This document shows, one piece after another, positions 1-9,314 of a stretch of DNA of 64,000 nucleotides; position 1 is the first letter of the stretch; every line of letters begins with the position of its first letter. The notes beneath the pieces are model-generated. The model ran no database searches. It was given only the letters and a program-made list of their open reading frames with translations, and was not told the DNA's origin. The DNA is from Dehalococcoidia bacterium. GTDB lineage: Bacteria; Chloroflexota; Dehalococcoidia; UBA6926. The position numbers and the translations under genes are program-made. Location: assembly GCA_045562535.1 (NCBI GenBank), contig JBJKVP010000004.1, forward strand, positions 77,070 to 141,069, given 5' to 3'.

Positions 1-156
1 CCACAAGCAGTAATCATCGCAATAGATAATATTAAACACAAACCAAAACTAATTAATTTAAAACTAATATTCTGAAACAAAATTACACCTTCTAAAAAGT
101 AATTATTTAGCCAAATAAAACGGCCTGGAACAGTCTATTACTACTAACTTTCGATG

Positions 157-393
157 TCAATTAGATGTTCTCATAACCCAGACTTTAAAAACCATTTCCT
201 CAGCAGATTCTGACTCTAGAACCCAATCAACTATCCTCCAATGTGGAGGTGAAAATTTGAGATAAACATTATCGCCTAATCTAGGTTCAATCTTTGATTC
301 AAAAGATAGTTTTTCAGCAAAAGTATCGCTACCCTTCCGCCAAACATTCCAAACACATGTAATTTGAGATGACATATTAAAACCCCTATGCAC
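157..393 (-). CDS. Hypothetical small protein (78 aa), directly downstream of folD on the same strand
   Basis: ORF only; no recognisable motif. It sits 11 nt downstream of folD, so co-transcription is possible. Confidence 0.3.
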   Translation of the reverse strand: MHRGFNMSSQITCVWNVWRKGSDTFAEKLSFESKIEPRLGDNVYLKFSPPHWRIVDWVLESESAEEMVFKVWVMRTSN

Positions 394-404
394 TAATGTG
401 AGTC

Positions 405-1301
405 TTATTCATGTAAATGAGCTGCCTGCACCGTATTTTTCAGTAACATAGCAACAGTCATAGGTCCCACGCCTCCAGGTACTGGGGTAATAGCGCTCGC
501 TACTTCTATGACTTCATTAAAGTTCACATCACCCACCAAACGGTATCCTTTAGGCGATTCGGAATCATCCACTCTATTAATCCCTATATCAATCACTACT
601 GCTCCTTTTTTTACCATTCTACCCGTGATTACCTCAGGAGACCCAACTGCCACAATCAAAATATCTGCCTCAACAGTATGCTTTATTATATCAGGATCAA
701 AAGTATGACATATTGTTACCGTTGGATATTCAGACGAGCCTTTCTGCATCCAAGCTATAGCAATAGGTTTTCCAACAATATTACTTCTGCCAATAATAAC
801 CGCATGCTTCCCTCCGAGCTGTATATCTTCCCGATTAAATAGCTCTATAACTCCAGCAGGGGTAGCAGGTATGAATTGCGAATCACCTATTGCTAAATGA
901 CCTATATTGTTAGGATGAAAACCGTCTACATCTTTAACGGGAACCACAGCTTCAATTACTGCAGACTCCCTAATATGCGGAGGCAAAGGCAATTGGACTA
1001 ATATCCCGTGAATCTTTTTATTATTATTTAGCGAATCAATTAAATTAAGTAATGTTTCCTCGGAAATTTCGTTGCCGAATCGGTGGATTTCCGTATATAT
1101 ACCTACTTCTTTACAGGCACGCTCTTTATTAGAGACATAAACTTTAGAAGCCGGATCGTCTCCTACAAGTATTGCTGCAAGACCTGGGTTAATACCGGAC
1201 TCTTTTAGCTGTAAAACCTCTTGTTTGACCTCTTGCCGTATTTCAGCCGCAATACGACGTCCATCAATTATTTTTGCGCTCACATCTCTCCGAATAATCA
1301 A
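405..1301 (-). CDS. folD: Bifunctional methylenetetrahydrofolate dehydrogenase / methenyltetrahydrofolate cyclohydrolase
   Basis: 298 aa with the characteristic FolD architecture and motifs (GRSNIVGKP, VGDDPAS, NAD(P)-binding C-terminal half). Confidence 0.9.
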   Translation of the reverse strand: MIIRRDVSAKIIDGRRIAAEIRQEVKQEVLQLKESGINPGLAAILVGDDPASKVYVSNKERACKEVGIYTEIHRFGNEISEETLLNLIDSLNNNKKIHGILVQLPLPPHIRESAVIEAVVPVKDVDGFHPNNIGHLAIGDSQFIPATPAGVIELFNREDIQLGGKHAVIIGRSNIVGKPIAIAWMQKGSSEYPTVTICHTFDPDIIKHTVEADILIVAVGSPEVITGRMVKKGAVVIDIGINRVDDSESPKGYRLVGDVNFNEVIEVASAITPVPGGVGPMTVAMLLKNTVQAAHLHE

Positions 1302-1396
1302 ATTTAATTTTTGCTATATTGTAACATCTGAGAATAATTTATAGTTACTAGCAAGAAGTTATTAAAATCAATATTGGTTATAGGAGGTTATTAAAT

Positions 1397-1768
1397 ATGC
1401 TAACAACTGGGGTAGACATGGTAGAAGTATGGAGAATTCGTGAACTTAGAGAGAAATTCGGTGATCGATTCATAAATCGAATATATACTGAAAATGAGCA
1501 ACGAACTTCTCGTATGAGAGATCCCGAATTAGCAGCTAGATTTGCTAGTAAAGAAGCAGTGATGAAATTACTAGGTACTGGCGTAAGAGGAGTCGGGTGG
1601 AAAGATATTGAAATATTGCCCAGGAAAGGGGGTAAACCAGAGGTGCATCTCCATGGAAGAGCACTTAACGTTGCAAACCGCATAGGACTGACAGATATAG
1701 CAATAAGCCAAACTCATTCCATAGAATATGCCATATCAGTTGCTGTAGGAGATGCTGACCAACCGTAG
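1397..1768 (+). CDS. acpS: Holo-[acyl-carrier-protein] synthase (4'-phosphopantetheinyl transferase)
   Basis: 123 aa, typical AcpS size, with the conserved GxD...E...K pattern. The acpS-nnr adjacency is a common arrangement. Confidence 0.85.
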   Translation: MLTTGVDMVEVWRIRELREKFGDRFINRIYTENEQRTSRMRDPELAARFASKEAVMKLLGTGVRGVGWKDIEILPRKGGKPEVHLHGRALNVANRIGLTDIAISQTHSIEYAISVAVGDADQP

Positions 1769-1770
1769 AT

Positions 1771-3435
1771 TTGGTACCTAAAGTTATTATCATGAAAATT
1801 GTTAGCGCTAGAGAAATGAACGCGGTAGAACAAGAAGTGATGCGCTCAGGGACTTCGGAAAACACTTTGATCGCAAACGCAGCAAAGTCGATAAGTAATA
1901 TTGTCAAAACAAGGCTAGGCAGCGTCATTGGCAAAAACATACTCGTATTAGCCGGACCAGGGAACAACGGTAAGGATGCGTTAGCATCAAGTCTTATACT
2001 CGCAAAATGGGGAGCTAATATAACAGTTCACATTGCTGGAAACGATCAATCATCCAATATTTTTGCTGAGTCTATACAGTCTTCAGGTAACATTGTGGTC
2101 AGTTCTCAAAAAATATTTCTAGATTTTTTGGACACTATTGAAAATTCAACTGAACAATATTTATTATTGGACGGTTTATTTGGAACCGGATATCAAAAAC
2201 GGCCCCAATCTATAATGTCTCAACTTACAAGTAAATTGAATAAGTCTACGGGTAAAAATAATGCTTCGATTCAGGTTTTAGCTATCGATATTCCTTCCGG
2301 AATGAACTCTGATGATGGCTCAGGAGACGAAGATATTTTGAAAGCAGACTTTACGGTCGCTATAGGAGCTATCAAAAAAGGACTGTTAACATCTCAAGGT
2401 TTAGAAAAATGCGGAAAAATTATAGTTGCGCCGATAGGCATACCGGAAGAAAGTTTTCCAATATCATCCCCTGAAGTATTAGAACTATCAAAAGTTTCTA
2501 AAATGCTTTCTCTTAGACCACTAGACGGTCACAAAGGTACATTTGGTAAAGCATCAATCATTGGAGGATCACCCACGTATATTGGCGCCCCTTTTATGGC
2601 CGCAAGGTCAGCAATACGATCAGGGGCTGGCCTAGTATCTTTAGTGACTCCTGGGAATTTGGGAGCCGAAACAGCTGAATATTTACCTGAAGCCATCCAC
2701 GAGTCACTTCCAACTAACCCGAGCAATAAATCATTTGATCAAGTCTCTGCCAATGCATTTCTAGAACGCGATTTTAATAATGCTACACTTATCGGTCCTG
2801 GGATTGGTTTAGCTAAATATACCGTGGAATTTATCCACCAAATCATTAAATCTTCTGGTAAAAAGGGAACAGCTTCCCGTTCAAAACAGATAGTTATAGA
2901 TGCAGATGGGATTACCGCCATATCATCTCTCAAAGAATGGTGGGATCAAAACAACAATATCTCCGTTATTACTCCGCATCCCGGAGAAATGGCAACTCTA
3001 TCAAACATACCCACAGAATCTATACAGCAAAACCGTTTAGATACAGTTTATGAGAAATCTCTGCAATGGGGAGTTGTGGTAGTGCTAAAAGGAGCGTTAA
3101 CAGCCGTTGGAAATCCTTATGGGGATATATCGGTTAACCCTCTAGCTTGGCCAGGATTAGCATCTGCAGGTACTGGTGACGTTCTTTCAGGACTGATAAC
3201 CGGCTTGCTCGCTCAGGGACATGAACCGTACTCTGCGGCACAAATAGGGGTATACACACATGGAATATCTAGCATTTTAGCAGCGGAACACCTCGCTGCC
3301 GAAGATCGGGGTATCTTGGCTACCGACGTGGCCGACAACATACCAAAAGCAATTAATATAATGTTAAGTGGCAAAATGGAAAAGTATTTAGTAAATCAAT
3401 TAACAATCGTCACCGAGTCAGTTTACTTATCATAA
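1771..3435 (+). CDS. nnr: Bifunctional NAD(P)H-hydrate repair enzyme (epimerase plus ADP-dependent dehydratase, YjeF N- and C-terminal domains)
   Basis: 554 aa. The N-terminal YjeF_N domain carries LAGPGNNGGDAL-like GPGNNGKDAL. The C-terminal carbohydrate-kinase-like domain carries GDVLSG. Confidence 0.85.
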   Translation: MVPKVIIMKIVSAREMNAVEQEVMRSGTSENTLIANAAKSISNIVKTRLGSVIGKNILVLAGPGNNGKDALASSLILAKWGANITVHIAGNDQSSNIFAESIQSSGNIVVSSQKIFLDFLDTIENSTEQYLLLDGLFGTGYQKRPQSIMSQLTSKLNKSTGKNNASIQVLAIDIPSGMNSDDGSGDEDILKADFTVAIGAIKKGLLTSQGLEKCGKIIVAPIGIPEESFPISSPEVLELSKVSKMLSLRPLDGHKGTFGKASIIGGSPTYIGAPFMAARSAIRSGAGLVSLVTPGNLGAETAEYLPEAIHESLPTNPSNKSFDQVSANAFLERDFNNATLIGPGIGLAKYTVEFIHQIIKSSGKKGTASRSKQIVIDADGITAISSLKEWWDQNNNISVITPHPGEMATLSNIPTESIQQNRLDTVYEKSLQWGVVVVLKGALTAVGNPYGDISVNPLAWPGLASAGTGDVLSGLITGLLAQGHEPYSAAQIGVYTHGISSILAAEHLAAEDRGILATDVADNIPKAINIMLSGKMEKYLVNQLTIVTESVYLS

Positions 3436-3446
3436 ACCCCATCATA

Positions 3447-3962
3447 TTATTTGAGCCCTCTAATGAGTGCTACACCTAGTAGTAAAGTAATCACTCCAGC
3501 ACCCCTTATTATGTCCACTCGGTGTATTGGTAAACCAAATGCTCCAAGATGATCCAGTAGTACTGAACCAATAACTTGTCCAGCTATAGTTGCTGTTACA
3601 AACAACCCAATACCTATTTTAGGGCCTAAGTAACCAGCACCAACTAGCAAAGGGATAGCAAATAAACCAGTAATAAAATAGTAGAAAGGCAACCCTCGAA
3701 GAACCAAGAGTAAGCTCGCAGCGGCGACGATGGAGATCCCTGCAACCAAAAGGATCCTGTTGAATGGCGAAGGAATCACTAATACCCCATTGAATGCACG
3801 ATATGCCATCAAAGCAGCTACTCCCATAACTGTAGCCATCAAAGATAACCATGTTGCCTCAAGAGGGCCTCTGATTCGGCTCATCGCCGAAATCATTGTA
3901 ACTTGTACCGCCATGCCAGACCCTATCAATATACTAAATACAATGTACAGTATTTGATTCAT
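3447..3962 (-). CDS. DMT-superfamily transporter, DUF606/YdcZ-like (5-TM half-size)
   Basis: 171 aa, highly hydrophobic, about 5 TM helices, glycine-rich helices typical of DUF606 (BAT family). Confidence 0.55.
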   Translation of the reverse strand: MNQILYIVFSILIGSGMAVQVTMISAMSRIRGPLEATWLSLMATVMGVAALMAYRAFNGVLVIPSPFNRILLVAGISIVAAASLLLVLRGLPFYYFITGLFAIPLLVGAGYLGPKIGIGLFVTATIAGQVIGSVLLDHLGAFGLPIHRVDIIRGAGVITLLLGVALIRGLK

Positions 3963-3997
3963 TGGTTAACTCTGCTTACTTTGGCCAATAGTGCTCA

Positions 3998-4885
3998 CTA
4001 GTCCAACCATCCAGGCTCTTGCTGTATCCAGTCTTTGACCGACATTAGCGGAATATCCCATTCTTTTTTAAGTTCATCAACGTTAACCTGGTACCCTTCT
4101 CCCTCATAAAATTCATTCATGGTTTTCATTGGCCCGGGGACGCGATCTCTTTGATCTTCAGGTATATGATTGTAATTTACTTCGATTCCTAAGGATTCAG
4201 CAAAAACCTGCGCTACCTCTGGTAGTGTCATTACATCACCTGCAAGATCAATTTCCTTTCCCGAAAAGCGCTCTGGGTTTTCAAATGCTGCTACCGCAAA
4301 GTCAGCGATGTTTTGCACTGCTATGAACCACTGGTTTCTATCAGGAGATAAAATACCAGATAGTCGCCCGTTTTTTATAGCGTCTCTGTTCCTATTAAAA
4401 TTGTCTGTGAAAGATACAGGTCGAAGTATTGTGTAATTAACACCTCCATTTTTTATAATTCCCTCGATTGCTCCTTTTGTTTCAAAATGAGGCACACCTA
4501 TACTTCTGTTACCTCCAGAAACTCCGCTAAACACGATATGGCGGACATTAGACATCTTCGATGCGTCAACTACATTAGACCCTCGGTTAATTTCGGTACT
4601 AGGGTCTTCTCTTCCAATCCCAATAAAATACACTCCATATGCTCCATCCATAGCTTTCTTCAGAGAATTCAAATCATCCATGTCGCCCGCAAATAACTCT
4701 GCCCCTAAACTAGCAACGTCCTTTGCAACATCGGATTCAATAGTACGAGTAAGCACTCTGACGCCATAACCTTTTTCAACCAAAAGCCGTACAACCTTGC
4801 TGCCTTGGGTTCCAGTACCACCAATAACCAATATCGATTTGCTTCCTGTGCTCATTTTTCCCTCCCTATAATGCTTATCCATCAT
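3998..4885 (-). CDS. NmrA-family NAD(P)-binding protein (atypical SDR)
   Basis: N-terminal Rossmann motif ILVIGGTGTQG; NmrA-like length (295 aa). Confidence 0.75.
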   Translation of the reverse strand: MMDKHYREGKMSTGSKSILVIGGTGTQGSKVVRLLVEKGYGVRVLTRTIESDVAKDVASLGAELFAGDMDDLNSLKKAMDGAYGVYFIGIGREDPSTEINRGSNVVDASKMSNVRHIVFSGVSGGNRSIGVPHFETKGAIEGIIKNGGVNYTILRPVSFTDNFNRNRDAIKNGRLSGILSPDRNQWFIAVQNIADFAVAAFENPERFSGKEIDLAGDVMTLPEVAQVFAESLGIEVNYNHIPEDQRDRVPGPMKTMNEFYEGEGYQVNVDELKKEWDIPLMSVKDWIQQEPGWLD

Positions 4886-4923
4886 CTTTCGTTAATTTTC
4901 ATCATAAATAAGTCAAATAACGA

Positions 4924-5787
4924 TTATTTTCCCAGATTGAAGTTGATCATATTGAGCCAATCGTGGAATGTCAGCGTATTGATTTTCCATCTATCTTTCA
5001 ATTTACTGATGTCTTCGTCGTAACCAAATTCTTGGTACCATCGGCTCATAGCTAGTGCGCCCGAAGAAACTCCCGTTCCAATCTCCGTCTGAGTATAACT
5101 TATATCTGAACCAACTACGGAACTCAGGGTTTCAGCAATTCTAGTCATGGTAATAGTTTCTGATGCAATATCAATCTCTTGACCAACAAATTCTCCAGGG
5201 CGAGCTAGTGCTTGCGAAGCATATAGTCCAATATCGTAGCCTGAGATAACTTGTAATTCCTTGTCAGGGGTCAACAAACCGTTTATATTCCCTTCTCTAA
5301 GTGCCGTCCTATTCGATATATAATTTTCCATAAAAGACACGGGACGTAAAATTGTATAGGGTAATCCGCTCTCTCTCACTGATTCGATGATTACCCGCTT
5401 AGAATCCCAATAATCTACACCTCTGTTTGGTTCTTTAGCTCCGCAAGAAGCCGTATAAACTAAGTGATTGACATTTTCTTCAACGCAGATCTCAATGACA
5501 CCACGTCCTTGCTCAATTTCGGTTTCAATAGTGTTTTCATTTTGGACCGAAAAAACCCCATGGCTTCCTCGGATAGCAACACGGAGAGAATCTAAGTCAT
5601 CCATATCGCCTTTAATTATTTCAACTCCTCTGTTCGCCAATGAGCGCGCTGAAGGCGAGTCAGGATTCCTAGTTAAAGCAACTGGATACCACTCTTTTGT
5701 AGTAAGTAAATGGGTTATTAAACCACCACCTTGGTTTCCAGTAGCACCTATCACTAGTACTTTTTTTCTCTCTGTGGAACTAGTCAA
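4924..5787 (-). CDS. NmrA-family NAD(P)-binding protein (tandem paralog)
   Basis: VLVIGATGNQGG Rossmann motif. It is collinear with the preceding NmrA protein, which suggests tandem duplication. Confidence 0.75.
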   Translation of the reverse strand: MTSSTERKKVLVIGATGNQGGGLITHLLTTKEWYPVALTRNPDSPSARSLANRGVEIIKGDMDDLDSLRVAIRGSHGVFSVQNENTIETEIEQGRGVIEICVEENVNHLVYTASCGAKEPNRGVDYWDSKRVIIESVRESGLPYTILRPVSFMENYISNRTALREGNINGLLTPDKELQVISGYDIGLYASQALARPGEFVGQEIDIASETITMTRIAETLSSVVGSDISYTQTEIGTGVSSGALAMSRWYQEFGYDEDISKLKDRWKINTLTFHDWLNMINFNLGK

Positions 5788-5826
5788 ATTAATTGCCTCT
5801 TTTCGTTATAAGTTGATTAAATTTTA

Positions 5827-6375
5827 CTAAAACCCTAATCGGGAAAGTTGTGACAATATTTCATCTGAAGAAGGTCTATCACCAGCATTTTCTCCTATTC
5901 TTCTCCACAAAATTGATCCATCTTTACCAACTATAAAAACTGCTGGCGCAGCAAGGCGATCATCTAAAACATCAAAAACTTGATAGTTTTTAGAAACTGT
6001 GGCTTGATCGTCTGACAATATATGAAAATCAGGTTGAACTAGAGACGTCATGTTTCTGACTTCGTCAAGACTATCAATGCTTATTGCGAGAATCTCTGAA
6101 TTGCGATCTCTAAATTCGCTGTATCTGCTCTGCAACTCTCCGAGTTGGCCACGACAAATACCTCAAAAATAACCCCGGTAGAAAATTAGAACCACCGCTT
6201 GGTTTTCTAGAAGAGTGTTTTCTAAAGAGATTTTATTATCATTTCCATCAGTTAACGTGAAATTCGGAGCAGATGAATTGATAGTGGTATCATCTCCCAT
6301 GTTAGCTAAAAGAATGGTTCCGCCAATTGTTACTGCAACTAAGAAATAAATTATTAGATAAAATGGCCTAAACAA
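5827..6375 (-). CDS. Membrane-anchored Bcp/PrxQ-like redoxin (AhpC/TSA family) with an in-frame TGA (6163..6165) read as selenocysteine, giving a UxxC active site
   Basis: The two adjacent ORFs (6163..6375 and 5827..6135) are in the same frame, separated only by TGA. The joined product reads ...VVLIFYRGYF-U-GICRGQLGELQSRYSEFRDRNSEILAISIDS..., which follows the Bcp pattern FYPKDDTPGCTTE...FRDRYEEF...VLGVSVDS. A 6-bp hairpin (CAACUC-GGA-GAGUUG) starts 15 nt after the UGA. The N-terminal TM helix is followed by APNFTLTDGNDNKISL, a redoxin substrate-binding strand. Confidence 0.55.
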
Positions 6376-6522
6376 AAAAACCTACCTTTTTTAACCTGAT
6401 TGTTCTAAACGTTTAACAACCAATACCCGATATCATATAACACTCGAAAATATATCTAAAGCAAATAAATAAATTCAAAAGTTTTAGGATTTTCCTAAAG
6501 AAGGTTATAATATCGGCTCATC

Positions 6523-7287
6523 ATGTTTCTTGCAGTAGACATAGGAAATACAAGTGTGAAAATCGGGCTTTATACAAGTTCGGATTTTAATTCAATTTGG
6601 AGAATAGAAACAAATGAAACACGCTCACAAATTTTGGATTTTGAATCGATTGAAGCCTGGTTGTTAAAAAACAAAGTAGTTCCTCAGGAAATAGAAAGTA
6701 TAGGTTTAGCAAGCGTTGTTCCAAATTTAACTGAGATGATTACCAATTCATTAAAAAACCACTTTAAAACAAACTTACTAGTCATCGATTCCGATTTAGA
6801 TCTAGGTATTAAATTGAAAGTTGATAAACCAAAAGAAGTTGGTATTGATAGAATCATAAACGCTGTTTCGGCATCCGAGATTTTGCCTACGCCAATAATT
6901 ATCATTGATTTTGGTACTGCAACAACCTTTGATGTCGTAGATAAGAACGGAGATTACATCGGTGGTACAATAGTACCTGGAGTAGAACTATCTTCGAGGG
7001 CACTTGCTTCGAATACAGCAAAATTGCCGGAAATTCCTCTTGAGTTTCCCTCGAAATGGATAGGAAAAAACACGGTTGAATCTATGCAATCAGGTTTAAT
7101 GAATGGGTACATGGGCTTGGTTGAAGGTATGGTTAATGGTATAAATACCGAGCTAGGACAAAATGCTAACGTTATAGCAACAGGAGGGCTAGCGGCTACT
7201 ATATCAAAACGCACAAACTGTATAGGAATAGTAAAGCCAAGTTTAACTCTGGATGGAATTAAAAGGATTTGGGAATTAAATAATTAA
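6523..7287 (+). CDS. coaX: Type III pantothenate kinase
   Basis: N-terminal MFLAVDIGNTSVKIGLY (DxGNT motif) and the ASKHA fold motifs GGTIVPG and ATGGLA. Confidence 0.9.
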   Translation: MFLAVDIGNTSVKIGLYTSSDFNSIWRIETNETRSQILDFESIEAWLLKNKVVPQEIESIGLASVVPNLTEMITNSLKNHFKTNLLVIDSDLDLGIKLKVDKPKEVGIDRIINAVSASEILPTPIIIIDFGTATTFDVVDKNGDYIGGTIVPGVELSSRALASNTAKLPEIPLEFPSKWIGKNTVESMQSGLMNGYMGLVEGMVNGINTELGQNANVIATGGLAATISKRTNCIGIVKPSLTLDGIKRIWELNN

Positions 7288-7344
7288 ATCTACATAACCA
7301 GATAATATGGGCAATTAGGCTGAACAGTATTAGATGGAGCAACA

Positions 7345-8553
7345 ATGGCAGAAATAAACATATTAGATAATAAGCGAATTGTTCTTGGAGTTACAGGGAG
7401 CATCGCAAGCTATAAATCTATAGACCTTGCTTCAAAATTAACACAGTTGGGTGCCAAGGTAGACGTAATATTAACAAGATCAGCTCAAGAGTTCATATCA
7501 GCAATTACTTTTCGATCGCTAACACACCGCAAGGTAATTACAGATTTATTTGATGAAGAGTCTGAGGATCCTGTAGAGCACATAGCATTAGCACAGCAAG
7601 CGGATATTATAGTTGTAGCACCTGCCACGGCTAACATACTTGCTAAGATGAAATATGGATTCGCAGATGATCCACTCACAGCAACTATACTCGCCACTAA
7701 TGCACCACTTATCGTAGCTCCTGCAATGGAATCAAATATGTGGAACAACGAAGCTACTCAAGAAAATATATTGACTCTTACTCAAAGAGGGGTTGAATTC
7801 ATCGGGCCAGTTGAAGGTCATCTGGCTTCGGGAGGCTCTGGATACGGCCGTTTTGACTCAATCGAAAATATTATCGCTGGTATAACGAGAATACTGAAGC
7901 AAGCCAAAGATTTGAGTGAAAAACATATTGTTATATCTGCTGGAGGAACTCAAGAGCCTATCGACGCGGTCAGAGTAATTACTAATCGTTCTTCGGGTAA
8001 ACAAGGATATGCTCTTGCATCTGCTGCGGTATCACGAGGAGCCAGAGTAACCCTTGTAACTGCCCCAACAGCTCTACCCGATCCTCCAGGTGTAACAATA
8101 GTGAAAATCAATACTGCGAGAGAAATGCTTAAAGGCGTCACTGACGCGGTGAAAGACAATGGGGATGCACTTATAATGGCGGCTGCGGTAGCAGATTGGG
8201 AAAGTGACAATCAATCAAAAACCAAGCTAAAAAAGACCTCTGGCGAAAAAACGATGTCGATCAGTTTAAAACAAACCCCAGACATTCTAAAAGCAATGTC
8301 AGATAAGAAAATTATAAAAATTGGATTCGCAGCCGAAACTGAAAACCTTATAGACAACGCTACTGATAAACTAAAAGAGAAAAAATTAGATATGATTGTC
8401 GCAAATGACGTATCTTCAAAAGATTCGGGGTTTAGCGTAGATAATAACCGAGTGGTCATTTTAGATAAAAAGGGTTCGAAAACTGAACTCCCATTACTAA
8501 GTAAATTACAAGTAGCAGATCATATTATTGATCGCCTATCAGAACTGCTATAG
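7345..8553 (+). CDS. coaBC: Bifunctional phosphopantothenoylcysteine decarboxylase / phosphopantothenate-cysteine ligase
   Basis: 402 aa. The N-terminal flavoprotein domain (VLGVTGSIASYK) and the C-terminal DFP/CoaB domain (ISAGGTQEPID, AAAVADW) are both present. Confidence 0.9.
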   Translation: MAEINILDNKRIVLGVTGSIASYKSIDLASKLTQLGAKVDVILTRSAQEFISAITFRSLTHRKVITDLFDEESEDPVEHIALAQQADIIVVAPATANILAKMKYGFADDPLTATILATNAPLIVAPAMESNMWNNEATQENILTLTQRGVEFIGPVEGHLASGGSGYGRFDSIENIIAGITRILKQAKDLSEKHIVISAGGTQEPIDAVRVITNRSSGKQGYALASAAVSRGARVTLVTAPTALPDPPGVTIVKINTAREMLKGVTDAVKDNGDALIMAAAVADWESDNQSKTKLKKTSGEKTMSISLKQTPDILKAMSDKKIIKIGFAAETENLIDNATDKLKEKKLDMIVANDVSSKDSGFSVDNNRVVILDKKGSKTELPLLSKLQVADHIIDRLSELL

Positions 8554-8588
8554 AGAAATATCATATATTAATTCAATCGGAGCTTTAG

Positions 8589-9224
8589 GTGGACACACAT
8601 AACAGCGAGCTACCCGTTTCTATCGTACTCTTAGCGGCAGGATCCTCAGATAGAATGGGGAAACCTAAACAAACTTTAACTTGGTACGGAACCCCATTAT
8701 TAGTACATCAAGTGCAAGCCGCTATAGATTCTAAAGCGAACGAAGTGGTTGTGATTCTTGGAGAAAATTTTAATGAGTATCGATCACTATTAAAAACCCA
8801 CTTAGGATCATCGTTTAACAATATAAATCTTGTCGAAAATGTAGATTGGGGTTTAGGCAAAACCACTTCGGTTAAATTAGGAATTGAAAATGTTTCTCTC
8901 AATTCAAAAGACATCATACTATGGGCAGCGGACTCCCCAAGATCATCTCAATTAATCAATGATCTCACGGAATACCATATATCTAATAATAATCTAATAA
9001 CTTACCCTTGGCACAATAGTAAAGAGGGTCATCCAGGCATCTTTTCTCTTAGCTTAAGAAAGGAACTCCTTTTAATATCAGAGGAGAAACAGGGGCTTAG
9101 AGAAATAGTTAATAAAACCCCTAGTCGAGTGAGCAAATTTATTAGTGACGATCCACTTTCAATTGTGAACATGAACACCTTAGAAGATTATAATCAAGCA
9201 TTATCTTTAACTAACCAAATTTAA
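8589..9224 (+). CDS. MobA/MocA-like nucleotidyltransferase (NTP_transf_3)
   Basis: N-terminal LLAAGSSDRMGKPKQ, the signature of MobA-like molybdenum-cofactor nucleotidyltransferases. Confidence 0.7.
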   Translation: MDTHNSELPVSIVLLAAGSSDRMGKPKQTLTWYGTPLLVHQVQAAIDSKANEVVVILGENFNEYRSLLKTHLGSSFNNINLVENVDWGLGKTTSVKLGIENVSLNSKDIILWAADSPRSSQLINDLTEYHISNNNLITYPWHNSKEGHPGIFSLSLRKELLLISEEKQGLREIVNKTPSRVSKFISDDPLSIVNMNTLEDYNQALSLTNQI

Positions 9225-9314
9225 AATGATTTGGAAGAACATGAACTTCCTTGACCCTGGTAGTTGTAGATATATACAATCTAAATCGCGTTTATCAATT
9301 GAAAGTATGTAATA

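Noticed and set aside
508-708. 66-aa plus-strand ORF inside folD
   Set aside because: Antisense to a well-conserved folD coding region; no start context.
1378-1967. Minus-strand ORFs 1378..1683 and 1665..1967 overlapping acpS and the start of nnr
   Set aside because: Opposite-strand shadows of well-supported acpS and nnr; the proteins are low-complexity and unconserved-looking.
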